From: Candidatus Omnitrophota bacterium
GTDB lineage: Bacteria > Omnitrophota > Gorgyraeia > JABMRG01
Direction: 5' to 3'
Length of the DNA: 64,000 nucleotides
Assembly: GCA_028716165.1 (NCBI GenBank)
Contig: JAQUQI010000007.1
Span: 1,191-65,190 of the forward strand
A program made the position numbers and the translations under genes. Positions within the stretch are counted from its first letter, which is position 1. Each line of letters begins with the position of its first letter. This document shows, one piece after another, positions 1-11,126 of the stretch. Under the pieces are notes generated by a model. It saw only the letters and a list, made by a program, of their open reading frames with translations. It was not told the DNA's origin and did no database searches.

Positions 1-1026
1 GGCCCTGATAAGGCATCAGCACGTCTTGAGTCAAGCAAGGTATTTGCCAAAAAAGCAATGAAACGGTTTGGCATCAAAACCGCGGATTTTGCTATTTTCA
101 ATGATCCCGCCCTTGCCGAGAAGCATATACAATCATCGCCGCTTCCCATTGTTATCAAAGCTGACGGGCTTTGCGCCGGCAAGGGTGTTATCGTAGCCGG
201 CACGAAACAGCAGGCACTGTCCGCCGTAAAGTCCATTATGCTGGATAAAGAATTCGGCCCTGCCGGAGAAAATGTTATAATTGAACAGTGCCTGAAAGGG
301 GAAGAGGCCTCTATTATCCTTGTAAGCGACGGCAGGGATTATGTATTGTTTCCGACCAGCCAAGACCATAAAAGGGTTTTTGATAATGATAAAGGCCCTA
401 ATACCGGCGGCATGGGAGCCTATTCCCCGGCGCCTGTCGCGACAGATGGAATTATTAAAAAAGTAGAAAATGATATAATACGTCCTTTGCTTGACGGGCT
501 TAGATCTGAAGGAAACCCTTATAAAGGTGTTCTGTATATAGGCCTGATGATAATAGGCGAAACGCCCTATGTGCTTGAATTTAATGTCAGGTTTGGAGAC
601 CCGGAGACGCAGGCGATACTGCCGAGATTGAAGACGGACTTAGTGGATATTTTTGAGGCGGCGCTTGATAATAAACTCGGTAATTTTAAGATTGATTTTG
701 ACCCGCGCCCGTGTGTAAGCGTAGTATTGGCATCCGGCGGGTATCCTGGCCCGTATAAACAAGGTTTACCGGTATCAGGGTTAAATAAGGCAGGCACTAT
801 AAAGGATGTTTTTATTTTTCATGCCGGCACAAGGTTATCTTCCACCGACGGGCAATCTTTTGTTATTACAACAAGCGGCGGACGCGTTTTAGGCGTAACG
901 GCAATGGCTGACACTATTGATGCGGCGATAAGAAAGTCCTATGCCGCGGCTGGCCTTATTGCTTTTGAGGGAATGCACTTTAGAAAAGATATCGGGTTTA
1001 AAGCGGTTTCGCGAGGGGCTGAATAA
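1..1026 (+). CDS. purD: phosphoribosylamine--glycine ligase (PurD), 5'-truncated by the window edge
   Basis: The reading frame is open from base 1 (…ARLESSKVFAKKAMKRFGIKTADF…). ATP-grasp signature IVIKADGLCAGKGV is present. The PurD C-domain ends at 1026. Confidence 0.9.
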   Translation, partial: GPDKASARLESSKVFAKKAMKRFGIKTADFAIFNDPALAEKHIQSSPLPIVIKADGLCAGKGVIVAGTKQQALSAVKSIMLDKEFGPAGENVIIEQCLKGEEASIILVSDGRDYVLFPTSQDHKRVFDNDKGPNTGGMGAYSPAPVATDGIIKKVENDIIRPLLDGLRSEGNPYKGVLYIGLMIIGETPYVLEFNVRFGDPETQAILPRLKTDLVDIFEAALDNKLGNFKIDFDPRPCVSVVLASGGYPGPYKQGLPVSGLNKAGTIKDVFIFHAGTRLSSTDGQSFVITTSGGRVLGVTAMADTIDAAIRKSYAAAGLIAFEGMHFRKDIGFKAVSRGAE

Positions 1027-1049
1027 AGCAAGGCCGGAGGGCGGATAAA

Positions 1050-1529
1050 ATGGCGCAAAAACACAAAGTAGCCGTGGTAATGGGAAGCAATTCGGATATG
1101 GAAATTATGAAGAATTGCGTTGATACATTAAAAGGATTTGGTATTAATGCCGATGTCAGGATACTATCGGCCCATAGGACGCCTAAGCGGACGATAGAAT
1201 TTGCCTCTAATGCCCGGAAGAACAATTATCAGCTGATAATAGCGGCGGCAGGGGGTGCGGCCCACCTTGCCGGAGTTGCGGCCGCTCATACAACATTACC
1301 GGTTATAGGTGTGCCCATGGATACGAAAGCCCTGGGGGGGCTGGATTCTTTGTTTTCTACCGTGCAGATGCCCTCGGGCATTCCTGTCGCGTGCATGGCG
1401 ATAGGCAGAGCGGGCGCTATAAACGCCGCTGTGCTCGCGATAGAGATATTAGCTTTAAACGACAATAGTTTAAGAACCAAATTGGATGGCCATAAGATTG
1501 CTTTGGCAAAGTCTGCTTTGAAAAAATGA
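1050..1529 (+). CDS. purE: N5-carboxyaminoimidazole ribonucleotide mutase
   Basis: Translation VAVVMGSNSDMEIMKNCVDTLKGFGINADVRILSAHRTP matches PurE. A GGAGG Shine-Dalgarno lies upstream. Confidence 0.9.
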   Translation: MAQKHKVAVVMGSNSDMEIMKNCVDTLKGFGINADVRILSAHRTPKRTIEFASNARKNNYQLIIAAAGGAAHLAGVAAAHTTLPVIGVPMDTKALGGLDSLFSTVQMPSGIPVACMAIGRAGAINAAVLAIEILALNDNSLRTKLDGHKIALAKSALKK

Positions 1530-2137
1530 TTACCAGGACGATAGATTTAAACGGCAAAAGCGATTATGGACGTAAAACGCGCGAAATCGCCTTGCTTTTA
1601 AAATCAGGCGCGATAGCGGCAATTCCGACGGAGACCGTGTTTGGGCTGGCTTGCAGTGGCGCCAATAAAGAGGCTGTCAGGAGATTGTATAAACTTAAAC
1701 GCAGGCCTTTAGACAAGCCGTTTGTTGTTCAGGTTGACAAGATAGCCAAGCTTTTAGGCTATGGCATAAGCCTTGACGGCAAAATTAACCGTGTGTTAAA
1801 TAGATTCTGGCCCGGGCCACTTACAGTTCTTTTGGAAACTTCCGCCGGCAAAACAGGTTTTCGTATGCCCGATAATAAGGCCGCGCTTTCAATTATTGCC
1901 GCGTCCGATTTTCCTGTTTTTGTCACAAGCGCGAATATGTCCGGCAAAAAAGAGCTCGTTTCCGCCGAAGAAGTAGGCAATACATTTGACGGGCTTATAG
2001 ATATTATCGTAGACGATGGCACAATAGCCGAAGGCACGGCCTCAACCGTTCTTGACTGTACGCGTTCACATTTTAAGATATTACGTCACGGTGCCTTGTC
2101 CCGGCAGCTAACCCGGTTTTTAGGTTATGACAAATGA
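1526..2137 (+). CDS. tsaC: L-threonylcarbamoyladenylate synthase (YrdC/Sua5 family)
   Basis: YrdC domain motifs are present (PTETVFGLAC, FPVFVTSAN). The start overlaps the purE stop. Confidence 0.8.
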   Translation: MITRTIDLNGKSDYGRKTREIALLLKSGAIAAIPTETVFGLACSGANKEAVRRLYKLKRRPLDKPFVVQVDKIAKLLGYGISLDGKINRVLNRFWPGPLTVLLETSAGKTGFRMPDNKAALSIIAASDFPVFVTSANMSGKKELVSAEEVGNTFDGLIDIIVDDGTIAEGTASTVLDCTRSHFKILRHGALSRQLTRFLGYDK

Positions 2138-2603
2138 TATTAAAAAGGTCCTTATAGTCTGCACAGGAAACGCCTGCCGGTCCCCTATGGCGGAAGGGTT
2201 TTTAAAAAAATATCTTGATCCCAAAGAAGGATTTATGGTTTTTTCAGCGGGGTTATCCGCTATTGACGGCATGCCTCCTACCAGAACTGCTGTTGAGGCC
2301 ATGCGCGAAGAGGGTATTGATATATCTTTTTATCTTACAAAATCTTTTTCGCAGGCCCTGGCAAGGTCGGCGGATATTATTCTTGTCATGACCTCTTCGC
2401 ATAAAGAAGGCGTGTTAAAAAAAGCTCCTTATGCTGAAGGCAGGGTGTTTCTTTATAATGAATTTGCGGGTATCGGAAATGGTGTTTCTGATATTGATGA
2501 CCCGATAGGCCAACCGCTTGATGTGTATAGGGCCGTCCGGGATAACATAAAGAAAGCCACAAAAAAAGTGGCCGAGCGTGTAAGAGGTGGCATATGCGGA
2601 TAG
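2127..2603 (+). CDS. low-molecular-weight protein-tyrosine phosphatase
   Basis: The N-terminal CTGNACRSPMAEG P-loop is typical of LMW-PTP/ArsC-like enzymes. Confidence 0.8.
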   Translation: MTNDIKKVLIVCTGNACRSPMAEGFLKKYLDPKEGFMVFSAGLSAIDGMPPTRTAVEAMREEGIDISFYLTKSFSQALARSADIILVMTSSHKEGVLKKAPYAEGRVFLYNEFAGIGNGVSDIDDPIGQPLDVYRAVRDNIKKATKKVAERVRGGICG

Positions 2604-3043
2604 CGATAGGTTCGGACCATGGCGGTTTTGAGTTGAAAAAAGATATCATTGAATACCTCAAAAAGAGGAATTACTGTGTTGTGGATGTGGGCTGTTTCAA
2701 CCCGGATGACTGCGATTATCCGCAGTATAGTTTTGCCGTAGCAGGCCTTGTCGGCGCGAAGAAAGTGGACAGGGGTATAGCGATATGCAAAAGCGGAATA
2801 GGCAATTCAATAGTTGCTAATAAAGTAAAAGGTGTCCGCGCCGCATTATGTTTTAATGTTGCCCAGGCCAGGTCCAGCCGCGAACACAATGACGCCAATA
2901 TGCTTGTGCTGGGCGCTTTATATGTTAAAAAAAGCACTGTCAGATCAATGCTTTGCGCCTGGCTTAAGACAAGCGCGTTAGCGGGAAGGCATGCCCGGCG
3001 CGTCAGGCAGATAAAAAAGATTGAGACGAAGGTTTTTAAGTAA
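2594..3043 (+). CDS. rpiB: ribose-5-phosphate isomerase B
   Basis: MRIAIGSDHGGFELK… and …ICKSGIGNSIVANK match the RpiB/LacAB signature. Confidence 0.85.
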   Translation: MRIAIGSDHGGFELKKDIIEYLKKRNYCVVDVGCFNPDDCDYPQYSFAVAGLVGAKKVDRGIAICKSGIGNSIVANKVKGVRAALCFNVAQARSSREHNDANMLVLGALYVKKSTVRSMLCAWLKTSALAGRHARRVRQIKKIETKVFK

Positions 3044-3087
3044 TGGGTCCGGTCACTTTGATTTTATAACAAGGGAGAACGCGCGAG

Positions 3088-4335
3088 ATGGGGTTTATAA
3101 AAAATACGGACAGACAGGTATATAATGCTATTATTAATGAACGCGAAAGACAGCAGGACAATCTTGAGCTTATAGCCAGCGAGAATTATGCCACGCAGGC
3201 TGTTATGGAGGCGCAGGGCTCGGTTCTTACGAACAAATATGCCGAAGGTTATCCGGGCAGGCGGTGGTATGGTGGTTGCGAGCATGTTGATGTTGTAGAG
3301 TCTCTTGCCATTGAGCGGGCAAAGAGCCTCTATAAAGCTGAACATGCCAATGTTCAGCCGCATTCAGGCTCAAGCGCCAATATGGCTGTTTTGTTCAGCC
3401 AGCTAAAATTCGGTGATACTATTTTGGCAATGGACCTTGCCTGCGGCGGGCATCTGACACACGGACATCCTTTGAATTTTTCAGGCAAGTATTTTAATAT
3501 AATACCTTACGGAGTGGATAGGAAAACCGAAAGGCTTGATTATGATAATATATTGTCCCTTGCCGAAAAACACAAACCAAGGCTCTTGATAGCAGGTGCC
3601 AGCGCGTATCCAAGAACCATACATCCTGACAGGTTAAGGCATATATGCGATAAAACAGGGGCCTTGCTTATGGTTGATATGGCGCATATTGCAGGGCTTA
3701 TAGCAGGCGGTTGCCATCCCAATCCCGTAGAATACGCGGAGTTTGTCACAAGCACCACCCATAAGACACTTTGCGGGCCAAGGAGCGGATTTATACTTTG
3801 CAGAAAAGACTTTGCCAAACAGGTGGATTATACTGTTTTTCCGGGATTGCAGGGAGGGCCGTTGATGCACATAATCGCGGCTAAGGCCATTGCTTTTAAA
3901 GAGGCCTCCACACAAAGGTTTAAGCGCAAGCAGATACAAACTTTGAAAAATGCCTTTGTTCTGTCCGAAGAGTTAAAAAATCTTGGATACAGGATAGTTT
4001 CAGGCGGCACAGATAATCATATGGTTTTAGTTGATGTTTATTGTTCAAGACAGGTAACAGGTAAAGATGCTTCCGCTGCTCTTGACAGGGCGGGTATCAC
4101 GGTTAATAAAAACCTGATACCATACGACTCCCAGCCCCCTCTCGTGGCCAGCGGCATAAGATTAGGAAGCCCAGCCCTTACGTCAAGGGGAATGAAAGAG
4201 CCGCAGATGAAAAAAATCGCGCGCTTGATAGATGATGTCTTATCCCACATTACAAATGAAGCCAGGATCAAGGATATCAAAGAAGAGGTATCAAGGCTTA
4301 CAAAAAAATTCCCTGTGTATAAGGTGAAAAAATGA
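3088..4335 (+). CDS. glyA: serine hydroxymethyltransferase
   Basis: Full-length SHMT with the PLP lysine motif [14 protein letters not shown]. Confidence 0.95.
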   Translation: MGFIKNTDRQVYNAIINERERQQDNLELIASENYATQAVMEAQGSVLTNKYAEGYPGRRWYGGCEHVDVVESLAIERAKSLYKAEHANVQPHSGSSANMAVLFSQLKFGDTILAMDLACGGHLTHGHPLNFSGKYFNIIPYGVDRKTERLDYDNILSLAEKHKPRLLIAGASAYPRTIHPDRLRHICDKTGALLMVDMAHIAGLIAGGCHPNPVEYAEFVTSTTHKTLCGPRSGFILCRKDFAKQVDYTVFPGLQGGPLMHIIAAKAIAFKEASTQRFKRKQIQTLKNAFVLSEELKNLGYRIVSGGTDNHMVLVDVYCSRQVTGKDASAALDRAGITVNKNLIPYDSQPPLVASGIRLGSPALTSRGMKEPQMKKIARLIDDVLSHITNEARIKDIKEEVSRLTKKFPVYKVKK

Positions 4336-4850
4336 AAAGAAAAGGTAAAAAACACGACAGGATAAGAGCTGTTAGTGATATGAGGCCTGATTGGGATACG
4401 TATTTTATGGATTTGGCAATACTTGCTTCCAGAAGGGCGACATGTTTAAGGCGTAAAGTCGGCGCGGTAATTGTTCAGAACAAACATATACTCTCAACAG
4501 GTTATAATGGCGCGCCCAAAGGCATCAAGCATTGCCGCCAGGCAGGTTGTATACGCGAAAAGCTCAACATAGCGTCAGGGCAAAGGCACGAATTATGCAG
4601 AGGATTGCACGCGGAACAGAACGCGATTATACAGGCGGCCTTGCACGGGGTTAGCCTTAAAGGCTCTATTTTATATTGCACGAATATGCCCTGTGCCATA
4701 TGCGCGAAGATGCTTATTAATGCCGGCATAAAAAAAATAGTTGCTGCTGACAGTTATTCCGACCAGATGGCGGAAGGTTTTTTGAAAGAGGCCGGTATCA
4801 AGATAGCTCATATTAAAAAACAGAGAAAACAGAAGATTTTGGGTGTTTAA
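4332..4850 (+). CDS. dCMP deaminase (ComEB-like cytidine/deoxycytidylate deaminase)
   Basis: Zinc-binding deaminase motifs HAEQNAI and [16 protein letters not shown] are present. Confidence 0.8.
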   Translation: MKRKGKKHDRIRAVSDMRPDWDTYFMDLAILASRRATCLRRKVGAVIVQNKHILSTGYNGAPKGIKHCRQAGCIREKLNIASGQRHELCRGLHAEQNAIIQAALHGVSLKGSILYCTNMPCAICAKMLINAGIKKIVAADSYSDQMAEGFLKEAGIKIAHIKKQRKQKILGV

Positions 4851-4896
4851 GGGCAATTTCCGCATTAAATTACTATAATCAGCCTTATCACGGTAT

Positions 4897-4925
4897 TTGA
4901 CAATACAATATATAGGGTGTATATT
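4897..4925 (+). promoter_or_regulatory. sigma70-like promoter upstream of nrdR (TTGACA-17 bp-TATATT)
   Basis: TTGACA at 4897–4902, a 17-nt spacer, then TATATT at 4920–4925. A palindromic AT-rich box (cacactactatataatgtgt, 4931–4951) follows and resembles an NrdR box. Confidence 0.5.
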
Positions 4926-4983
4926 TTCTCACACTACTATATAATGTGTTTTTTAATTAACGGTTTTTATGCCAGGCGGGAAA

Positions 4984-5448
4984 ATGAAGTGCCCTTATTG
5001 CGGTTATAAAGAAGACAAGGTAGTGGATTCAAGGGCGAGTTCGGAAAATGACGCCATACGAAGGAGAAGGGAATGCGCCAGGTGCCAAAGGCGTTTTACC
5101 ACGTATGAGCATATAGAAGATATGCCTTTGATAGTGGTGAAAAAAAACGGCCAAAGACAGGTTTTTGACCGTAATAAACTTATATCGGGCATATTGAAAT
5201 CCTGCGAGAAAAGGCCTGTTAGCGCGGACAGGATTGAAAGCCTCGTGGATAACATTGAAAGACAGCTCCAGCGAAAAAATGAAAAAGAAATAAAATCATC
5301 GCATATAGGAGAGATGGTCATGAGCAGGCTCCATGAGATTGATGAAGTGGCCTATGTGCGATTTGCTTCTGTTTACAGAGAATTCAAGGATGTTACGGAA
5401 TTTATGAAGGAACTAAAATATGTCTTGGCAAAAGGGGGTAAGGGATGA
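4984..5448 (+). CDS. nrdR: transcriptional repressor NrdR
   Basis: MKCPYCG…[12 protein letters not shown] is the zinc ribbon and the ATP-cone follows. The start was chosen at the MKCPYC methionine rather than the ORF-track start at 4969. Confidence 0.9.
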   Translation: MKCPYCGYKEDKVVDSRASSENDAIRRRRECARCQRRFTTYEHIEDMPLIVVKKNGQRQVFDRNKLISGILKSCEKRPVSADRIESLVDNIERQLQRKNEKEIKSSHIGEMVMSRLHEIDEVAYVRFASVYREFKDVTEFMKELKYVLAKGGKG

Positions 5449-7871
5449 GCGTAGAGCAGTCAAGCAGTGCGGGTGTCCGGCAAGGGTATTTTGACGTTAT
5501 ATCCAAAAGAGACGGTAGATTGGTTGCTTTTGACAAAAGCAAAATCGCGGACGCTATTTTTAAAGCGGCTCTTTCAGTCGGGGGAGAGGACAGGGAAATG
5601 GCAGAAGAACTTGCCTCGGCCGTTACACTATACTTAAGAAAAAAATTTACCTCTCAAATACCGGCCATAGAACAGATACAGGATGCTGTTGAAAAGGTGC
5701 TTATTGAAACAGGCCACGCCAAGACAGCGAAGGCTTATATACTATACAGGGAAAACAGGGCCCGGGCCAGGGAAAACCTGCGCGTAAGAAAAAAAGTGCG
5801 GCAGGAAAATAATTCCACTGATATATCTTTAATGGTTACGCCCCTGGCAAAAGATGAAGTAGTGCTATGGGATAAGAATAAGGTTGCTGAAGCTCTCCGG
5901 AAAGAAGCTGGTTTGAGCATGGAACTGTCCAATGAGATAGCGTCAGCGGTTGAGCATAAAATAGTCAATTCGGATATCAGCCAAATATCAACAAGCCTTA
6001 TAAGGGAATTGGTAGATAATGAGCTTTTTACCAGAGGATTAAATAAGACCCTTAAGAAACAGGCCGCGATAGGTATGCCTGTGTATGACCTGGAGACGCT
6101 TATATTCTCCAAGAGTAATGAAAACGCTAATATTAATTCAAATAATCCCGAGGCCATAAACCTGGCCATAGCCGAAACGGTACTTAAGCAATACGCTCTT
6201 GAAAGGATATTCTCACAGGATATAGCGGATTCCCATCTGAAAGGGGAGATACACCTGCACGATCTCGGTTATCCAACCAGGGTTTATTGTTCTTCACATT
6301 CCCTTGAATACCTGAAAAAATACGGACTGCATCTGGGTAATCTTGACACGCAAAGCGCGCCCGCGAAACACGCCAGGACGCTTACCGGCCATCTCAATAC
6401 GTTTTTAGCCAGTATGCAGGCATATTATGCCGGAGCTCTGGGTGTTGCCTATGTTAATATTATGTACGCGCCCTATGTCGGAGACATGACCGATAAACAG
6501 ATGCGCCAGGAGGCCCAGCATCTTATATTTTCAGCTTCCCAAAACGCTTTTTCCAGGGGCGGGCAGAGCCTTTTTATAGACCATAACATACATACGGGTG
6601 TGCCTAATTACCTGAAAAATATACCGGCTATCGGGCCGGATGGAAAATATACCGGTAAAACATATGGTTATTATGAAGAAATCGCGCAGCGTTTTGCCAG
6701 GGCCATGCTTAGCGTTTGGCGTGACGGTGATGAATTTGGCAGGCCTTTCGCTTTTCCTAAATGCGATTTGCATATCAGCGCCGACACGTTTAGTGATCCC
6801 AGTCAGAGACAGCTGTTGGAATACGCCTGCCAGATAGCAAGCGAAAACGGCGCGCCCTATTTTGTTTTTGACAGAGACGAGGTAACGCTTTCCGCTTGCT
6901 GCCGTTTGAGAACGCAAATAAGAGACAATTATATGATAGAGCACCCGGAATCCATGCGATTTTGCGGTTTCCAAAACATAACAATAAACCTTCCGCAGGC
7001 CGCGTATCGTTCAGGCAGAGGCAATTTAGAAGCGTTTTACAAAGAAGTGGACAGGTGTATGGAACTTGCCATAAAAGCGCATGTCCAGAAAAAAGATTTT
7101 ATAAGCCGGCTAATGTCAAAACCGCATTTGCCTATGTGGGAAGTAGGAAAACTCGCTCTTGACGGCAGGCCGTATATAGACCTTGATAAGGCCACATATA
7201 TAATAGGCCTGGTGGGTCTTAATGAATGTCTTCAACACTTGACCGGTAAACAGCTTCACGATGATGAGGAGATTTTTAAGCTCGGCATCAAAATAGTATC
7301 GTATATGTATTTCAAGGCAAAAGAAGCGGAGAAGAGGCTTGGTTTGAAATTTTCACTTGAAGAATCACCGGCGGAAAGCGCGGCAAGAAGATTGGCCAAG
7401 GTGGATTTGAGGCAATATCCTGAAGAAGCGGCCAATGTCATAAAAGGCGATATGGCAAACGACATGTATTATTATACTAATTCCATACACTTTGCGGCAA
7501 ACGCTCCCGTAGACCTGATCACAAGGATACAGAAACAATCAAAATTCCACACGCTTATAGAGTCAGGCGCTATTATACACGCTTTCGTGGGGGAAAGATT
7601 GCCTTCCCCGCAGGCAATAATGAAGCTTCTGGAAAAGACATTTCAGAAGACCCAGGCGGCCCAGCTTACCATATCGCCGGAATTTACCATATGCAATTCC
7701 TGCCATAAAAGGGACAATGGCCTGCGCGATGCCTGCAGGGCCTGCGGTTCAGATGATGTTTACGGTATGACGCGTATAGTAGGTTATTATAGCCGTATAA
7801 ATAATTGGAATAAATCTAAATTGGGAGAGCTTGAGGACAGAAGGCAGAACCCGGCAAACTACGCGGTGTAA
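5445..7871 (+). CDS. nrdD: anaerobic ribonucleoside-triphosphate reductase (class III)
   Basis: N-terminal ATP-cone, a C-terminal Cys cluster (CNSCH…CRACG) and the glycyl-radical motif TRIVGYYS. Confidence 0.9.
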   Translation: MSVEQSSSAGVRQGYFDVISKRDGRLVAFDKSKIADAIFKAALSVGGEDREMAEELASAVTLYLRKKFTSQIPAIEQIQDAVEKVLIETGHAKTAKAYILYRENRARARENLRVRKKVRQENNSTDISLMVTPLAKDEVVLWDKNKVAEALRKEAGLSMELSNEIASAVEHKIVNSDISQISTSLIRELVDNELFTRGLNKTLKKQAAIGMPVYDLETLIFSKSNENANINSNNPEAINLAIAETVLKQYALERIFSQDIADSHLKGEIHLHDLGYPTRVYCSSHSLEYLKKYGLHLGNLDTQSAPAKHARTLTGHLNTFLASMQAYYAGALGVAYVNIMYAPYVGDMTDKQMRQEAQHLIFSASQNAFSRGGQSLFIDHNIHTGVPNYLKNIPAIGPDGKYTGKTYGYYEEIAQRFARAMLSVWRDGDEFGRPFAFPKCDLHISADTFSDPSQRQLLEYACQIASENGAPYFVFDRDEVTLSACCRLRTQIRDNYMIEHPESMRFCGFQNITINLPQAAYRSGRGNLEAFYKEVDRCMELAIKAHVQKKDFISRLMSKPHLPMWEVGKLALDGRPYIDLDKATYIIGLVGLNECLQHLTGKQLHDDEEIFKLGIKIVSYMYFKAKEAEKRLGLKFSLEESPAESAARRLAKVDLRQYPEEAANVIKGDMANDMYYYTNSIHFAANAPVDLITRIQKQSKFHTLIESGAIIHAFVGERLPSPQAIMKLLEKTFQKTQAAQLTISPEFTICNSCHKRDNGLRDACRACGSDDVYGMTRIVGYYSRINNWNKSKLGELEDRRQNPANYAV

Positions 7872-7879
7872 GGAAAGGC

Positions 7880-8155
7880 GTGACGATTATGAAGATAAAA
7901 GTTTTTGGAAAAAATAACTGTGCCAAATGCGAGACAACAAAAAATAAAATAAACCATTATCTTAAAAAAAATAATAACCCTTCAAACGCCGCGTTGGAAT
8001 TCCACGATCTTGATACTGTGGAAGGCATGACGGAAGGCGCCTACAACAATGTCTTGAAAATTCCCACTACTCTTATAGAAAAAGAAGACCAGGTGCTGGC
8101 CAGGTGGGACGGGGAAGTTCCCAGGACGGAAGACTTTGCCGCTTACCTGCGATAG
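7880..8155 (+). CDS. glutaredoxin/NrdH-like small redoxin
   Basis: A 91-aa protein whose N-terminus KVFGKNNCAKCETTK carries a CxxC motif. It lies between nrdD and nrdG. Confidence 0.55.
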   Translation: MTIMKIKVFGKNNCAKCETTKNKINHYLKKNNNPSNAALEFHDLDTVEGMTEGAYNNVLKIPTTLIEKEDQVLARWDGEVPRTEDFAAYLR

Positions 8156-8179
8156 GCAGAGTTTCGGACGCTTATTTTT

Positions 8180-8905
8180 ATGTTTCATACCAGGCCCCAG
8201 GCCCTTATAAAGGGTTTTCAGGAATCCACTCTTACGGATTGGGACGGAAATATAGCCTGTATAATATTTTTAGGCAGGTGTAATTTCAGGTGCGGTTTTT
8301 GCCATTCCAAAATGCTTGTGGATGGTTTTGACGATATAGATACAATACCGTTTGAGCGCATCGCGGAGTATCTGTCTAAAAAATCAGGCTGGATAGACGG
8401 GGTTGTCATAACGGGAGGAGAGCCGTGCCTCCATCAGCAGGCCCTTATAGACCTTATCAATCAAATAAAAGAACTCCGGTTTCCGGTCAAACTGGATACG
8501 AACGGTTCAAACCCGGTATTGCTTGAAAAGATCATAAAAAACGGCCTTATTGAATATGTGGCAATGGATATTAAGGCGCCATTGCGCGGGAAAGAATACA
8601 GCCGCGCGGTAAATGTCAATGTAAATATAGATGATATAATTCTGTCAAAAGATATTATAATAAATTCCGGCCTTGAGCACGAATTCCGGACAACCGTAGT
8701 CCCGGGAATAATTGATAAAAATAATATTCTTGATATAGCAAGAGAAATCAGAAAAGCGCGGAAATACTGCATCCAGCAATTTGTGCCAAGAGACACTCTC
8801 AACCCCGGCTTCATGTCACTTAAGCCATATAAAGCCGAAGACCTCTATGAGATGGCGGATTCCGTTAAACATTATATAAAAAATACAATAGTAAGGCCGA
8901 ATTAA
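8180..8905 (+). CDS. nrdG: anaerobic ribonucleotide reductase activating protein (radical SAM)
   Basis: The radical-SAM cluster motif CNFRCGFC is present and the gene sits in nrdD context. Confidence 0.85.
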   Translation: MFHTRPQALIKGFQESTLTDWDGNIACIIFLGRCNFRCGFCHSKMLVDGFDDIDTIPFERIAEYLSKKSGWIDGVVITGGEPCLHQQALIDLINQIKELRFPVKLDTNGSNPVLLEKIIKNGLIEYVAMDIKAPLRGKEYSRAVNVNVNIDDIILSKDIIINSGLEHEFRTTVVPGIIDKNNILDIAREIRKARKYCIQQFVPRDTLNPGFMSLKPYKAEDLYEMADSVKHYIKNTIVRPN

Positions 8906-9155
8906 GCGTTTTAAATAACCGTCTCCTGCCGGTTTTTTTAAGGGGTTTAGCGCAGTCGCGGCAATATTGCCGCGATACCAGGCTTAGACAGGCCCACTAA
9001 GCGTTGTTATTTTCCATATATTCTCTCAAGTTTTTGGTGTTTTGGGCATTTGGCTCGACAAGCCCAAATAGCTATGATAAAATACACTGATTTGTTTAGA
9101 AAAAAATAAAATTATCAGCCGCGTTAGTAATCCGTTTCGCCAAGGGCAAACCGAT

Positions 9156-10973
9156 ATGAAGAGTTATTTAAGGCTTATAGGATATGTAAGGTCGCATTTA
9201 TGGGTATTAGCCTATGCTACCGTATTCATGATATTGTCGTCATTGATTCAGCCCCTGTCATTAGGAGGGTTTATACCGTTCATTGATAAGGTGATGATGG
9301 GCAAGGATATAGTGCTTACCGGTAAGAATATACCAAATTTTATATCAGAGGCGGTATTATGGGTGAACAATATGCCGAGAATGAGGCTTTTTGAAATTCT
9401 TATTGTTTTTTATATAGTCTCTTTTACCCTAAGGGCCGTGTTTCTTTATTGCCAGCAATATCTTATGCGGGAGGTAAGCCAGAGGGTTACCCGCGATATA
9501 AGAAATCTCTTGTATGATAAGCTCTTAAGGCTTTCAATGAATTTTTACAGCAATTCGCGCACGGGCACTCTTGTTTCACGCATTACCCATGACACGACGA
9601 TTATCCAGGATGCCGCCTCGGAAGGATTAACCGACCTTATCTGGCAGTCACTGCAGTTTGTCTTCTCTCTTATCATGGTAATCTATATAGCGATTTTTTT
9701 CCGGATCAATATGATGTTTATATTTTTTGCTTTTGTTGTAATACCCGTTATAATCGTTCCCTTGATATATATCGGCAAGCGCGTCAGGCAGATAAGCAGA
9801 AAACACCAGGAATCCATGGCGGGTATGAGTAATATATTATATGAGGCCATATCCGGGATAAGAGTGATAAAAGGTTTTTCTATGGAAGAATATGAAAGGG
9901 AAAAATTCAGGCAAGAGAATGAGCGCCTGAAGAGAATGGTAATGAAATCCAATAAGAGGATACTGGCAGTAAGCCCATTGTCAGAATTAGTGACAATGGT
10001 ATCGGCTATGGGCATACTGTGGCTCGGAGGACAGCAGGTAATCACAGGCAGTATGAGCATAGGGACATTGACAGCCTTTGCTTTGGCGGTCCTGTCACTA
10101 TCAAAGCCTATTAATAGGTTGAGCAGGGTCCATAATATTAACCAGCAGGCCCTGGCCGCGGCCCATAGGGTGTATGAAATCCTTGATGAAAAGATCGCCG
10201 TGGAAGATAAAAAAGATGCTCGTGCGCTCGGTGACATCAAAGGCGAGATTGTTTTTTCCGATATCTGGTTTAGATACTCTGATAAGCAGGCTGATGCCTT
10301 AAAAGGCATTTCATTTAAAGCCAGAGTTGGCGAAGTGATAGCTTTTGTGGGGCCAAGCGGGTCTGGCAAGACTACCCTTGTTAATCTTCTGCCGCGTTTT
10401 TATGATCCTAACCGGGGCAGGGTATCTATAAACGGGATTGATATAAGGGACATAAAATTGCGGTCTCTCATAGATAATATAGGCCTGGTGACCCAGGATA
10501 CAATACTTTTTAACGACACGGTCCTGGCAAATATAGCTTACGGCAAAAAGGATGCCGACATTAACGCGGCAATAGAGGCGGCGAAGACCGCCAATGCCCA
10601 TGATTTTATAATGAAGATGCCTGATAAATACAATACGGTAATTGGCGAAAAAGGATTTAAGCTTTCAGGCGGCGAAAAACAACGGCTGGCAATAGCAAGA
10701 GCGGTTTTTAAAAATCCGCCTATACTTATATTTGACGAAGCCACATCACAGCTTGATTCCGAATCAGAAAAATTGGTGCAGGAGGCCATAGATAGGTTAA
10801 TGCGCGGCCGAACGGTTTTTGTCGTTGCCCACAGGCTCTCTACAATAAAGCACGCGGATAAGATTATTGTTATGCAGGCCGGCAGGATAGAGGACGCGGG
10901 AAAGCACGAAGAACTTATCGCCAGAAAAGGCCTTTATAGTAAACTTTATAACATGCAGTTTGCCGGTTTTTAA
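9156..10973 (+). CDS. ABC transporter permease/ATPase (MsbA-like lipid exporter)
   Basis: Six TM helices at the N-terminus, then Walker A GPSGSGKTT, the signature LSGGEKQR and Walker B ILIFDEATS. Confidence 0.85.
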   Translation: MKSYLRLIGYVRSHLWVLAYATVFMILSSLIQPLSLGGFIPFIDKVMMGKDIVLTGKNIPNFISEAVLWVNNMPRMRLFEILIVFYIVSFTLRAVFLYCQQYLMREVSQRVTRDIRNLLYDKLLRLSMNFYSNSRTGTLVSRITHDTTIIQDAASEGLTDLIWQSLQFVFSLIMVIYIAIFFRINMMFIFFAFVVIPVIIVPLIYIGKRVRQISRKHQESMAGMSNILYEAISGIRVIKGFSMEEYEREKFRQENERLKRMVMKSNKRILAVSPLSELVTMVSAMGILWLGGQQVITGSMSIGTLTAFALAVLSLSKPINRLSRVHNINQQALAAAHRVYEILDEKIAVEDKKDARALGDIKGEIVFSDIWFRYSDKQADALKGISFKARVGEVIAFVGPSGSGKTTLVNLLPRFYDPNRGRVSINGIDIRDIKLRSLIDNIGLVTQDTILFNDTVLANIAYGKKDADINAAIEAAKTANAHDFIMKMPDKYNTVIGEKGFKLSGGEKQRLAIARAVFKNPPILIFDEATSQLDSESEKLVQEAIDRLMRGRTVFVVAHRLSTIKHADKIIVMQAGRIEDAGKHEELIARKGLYSKLYNMQFAGF

Positions 10974-11055
10974 CAAGCTCTTTTTCCGGAAAAAAGCGCG
11001 TAAGCTATCGGAAGAATATCACAGGCGCGGGCAAGGGGCCAAGCGGTTATGGCGT

Positions 11056-11089
11056 AATCCCGGCATTTAAGCCGGGATTTTATTTTTTT
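11056..11089 (+). terminator. rho-independent terminator after the ABC transporter gene
   Basis: A cccggc…gccggg hairpin is followed by a run of T residues. Confidence 0.6.
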
Positions 11090-11126
11090 GCCATACGATA
11101 TAGATATGCCAAAAAGGAGGGTTTGA

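Noticed and set aside
3064-3363. Numerous short antisense or overlapping ORFs inside well-supported genes (e.g. 133–369, 3064–3363, 5735–6169, 9683–10369, 12268–12927, 30366–30809, 35105–35551, 46724–47206)
   Set aside because: They overlap conserved, motif-bearing genes on the other strand or frame. They have no independent signals and are typical six-frame noise.
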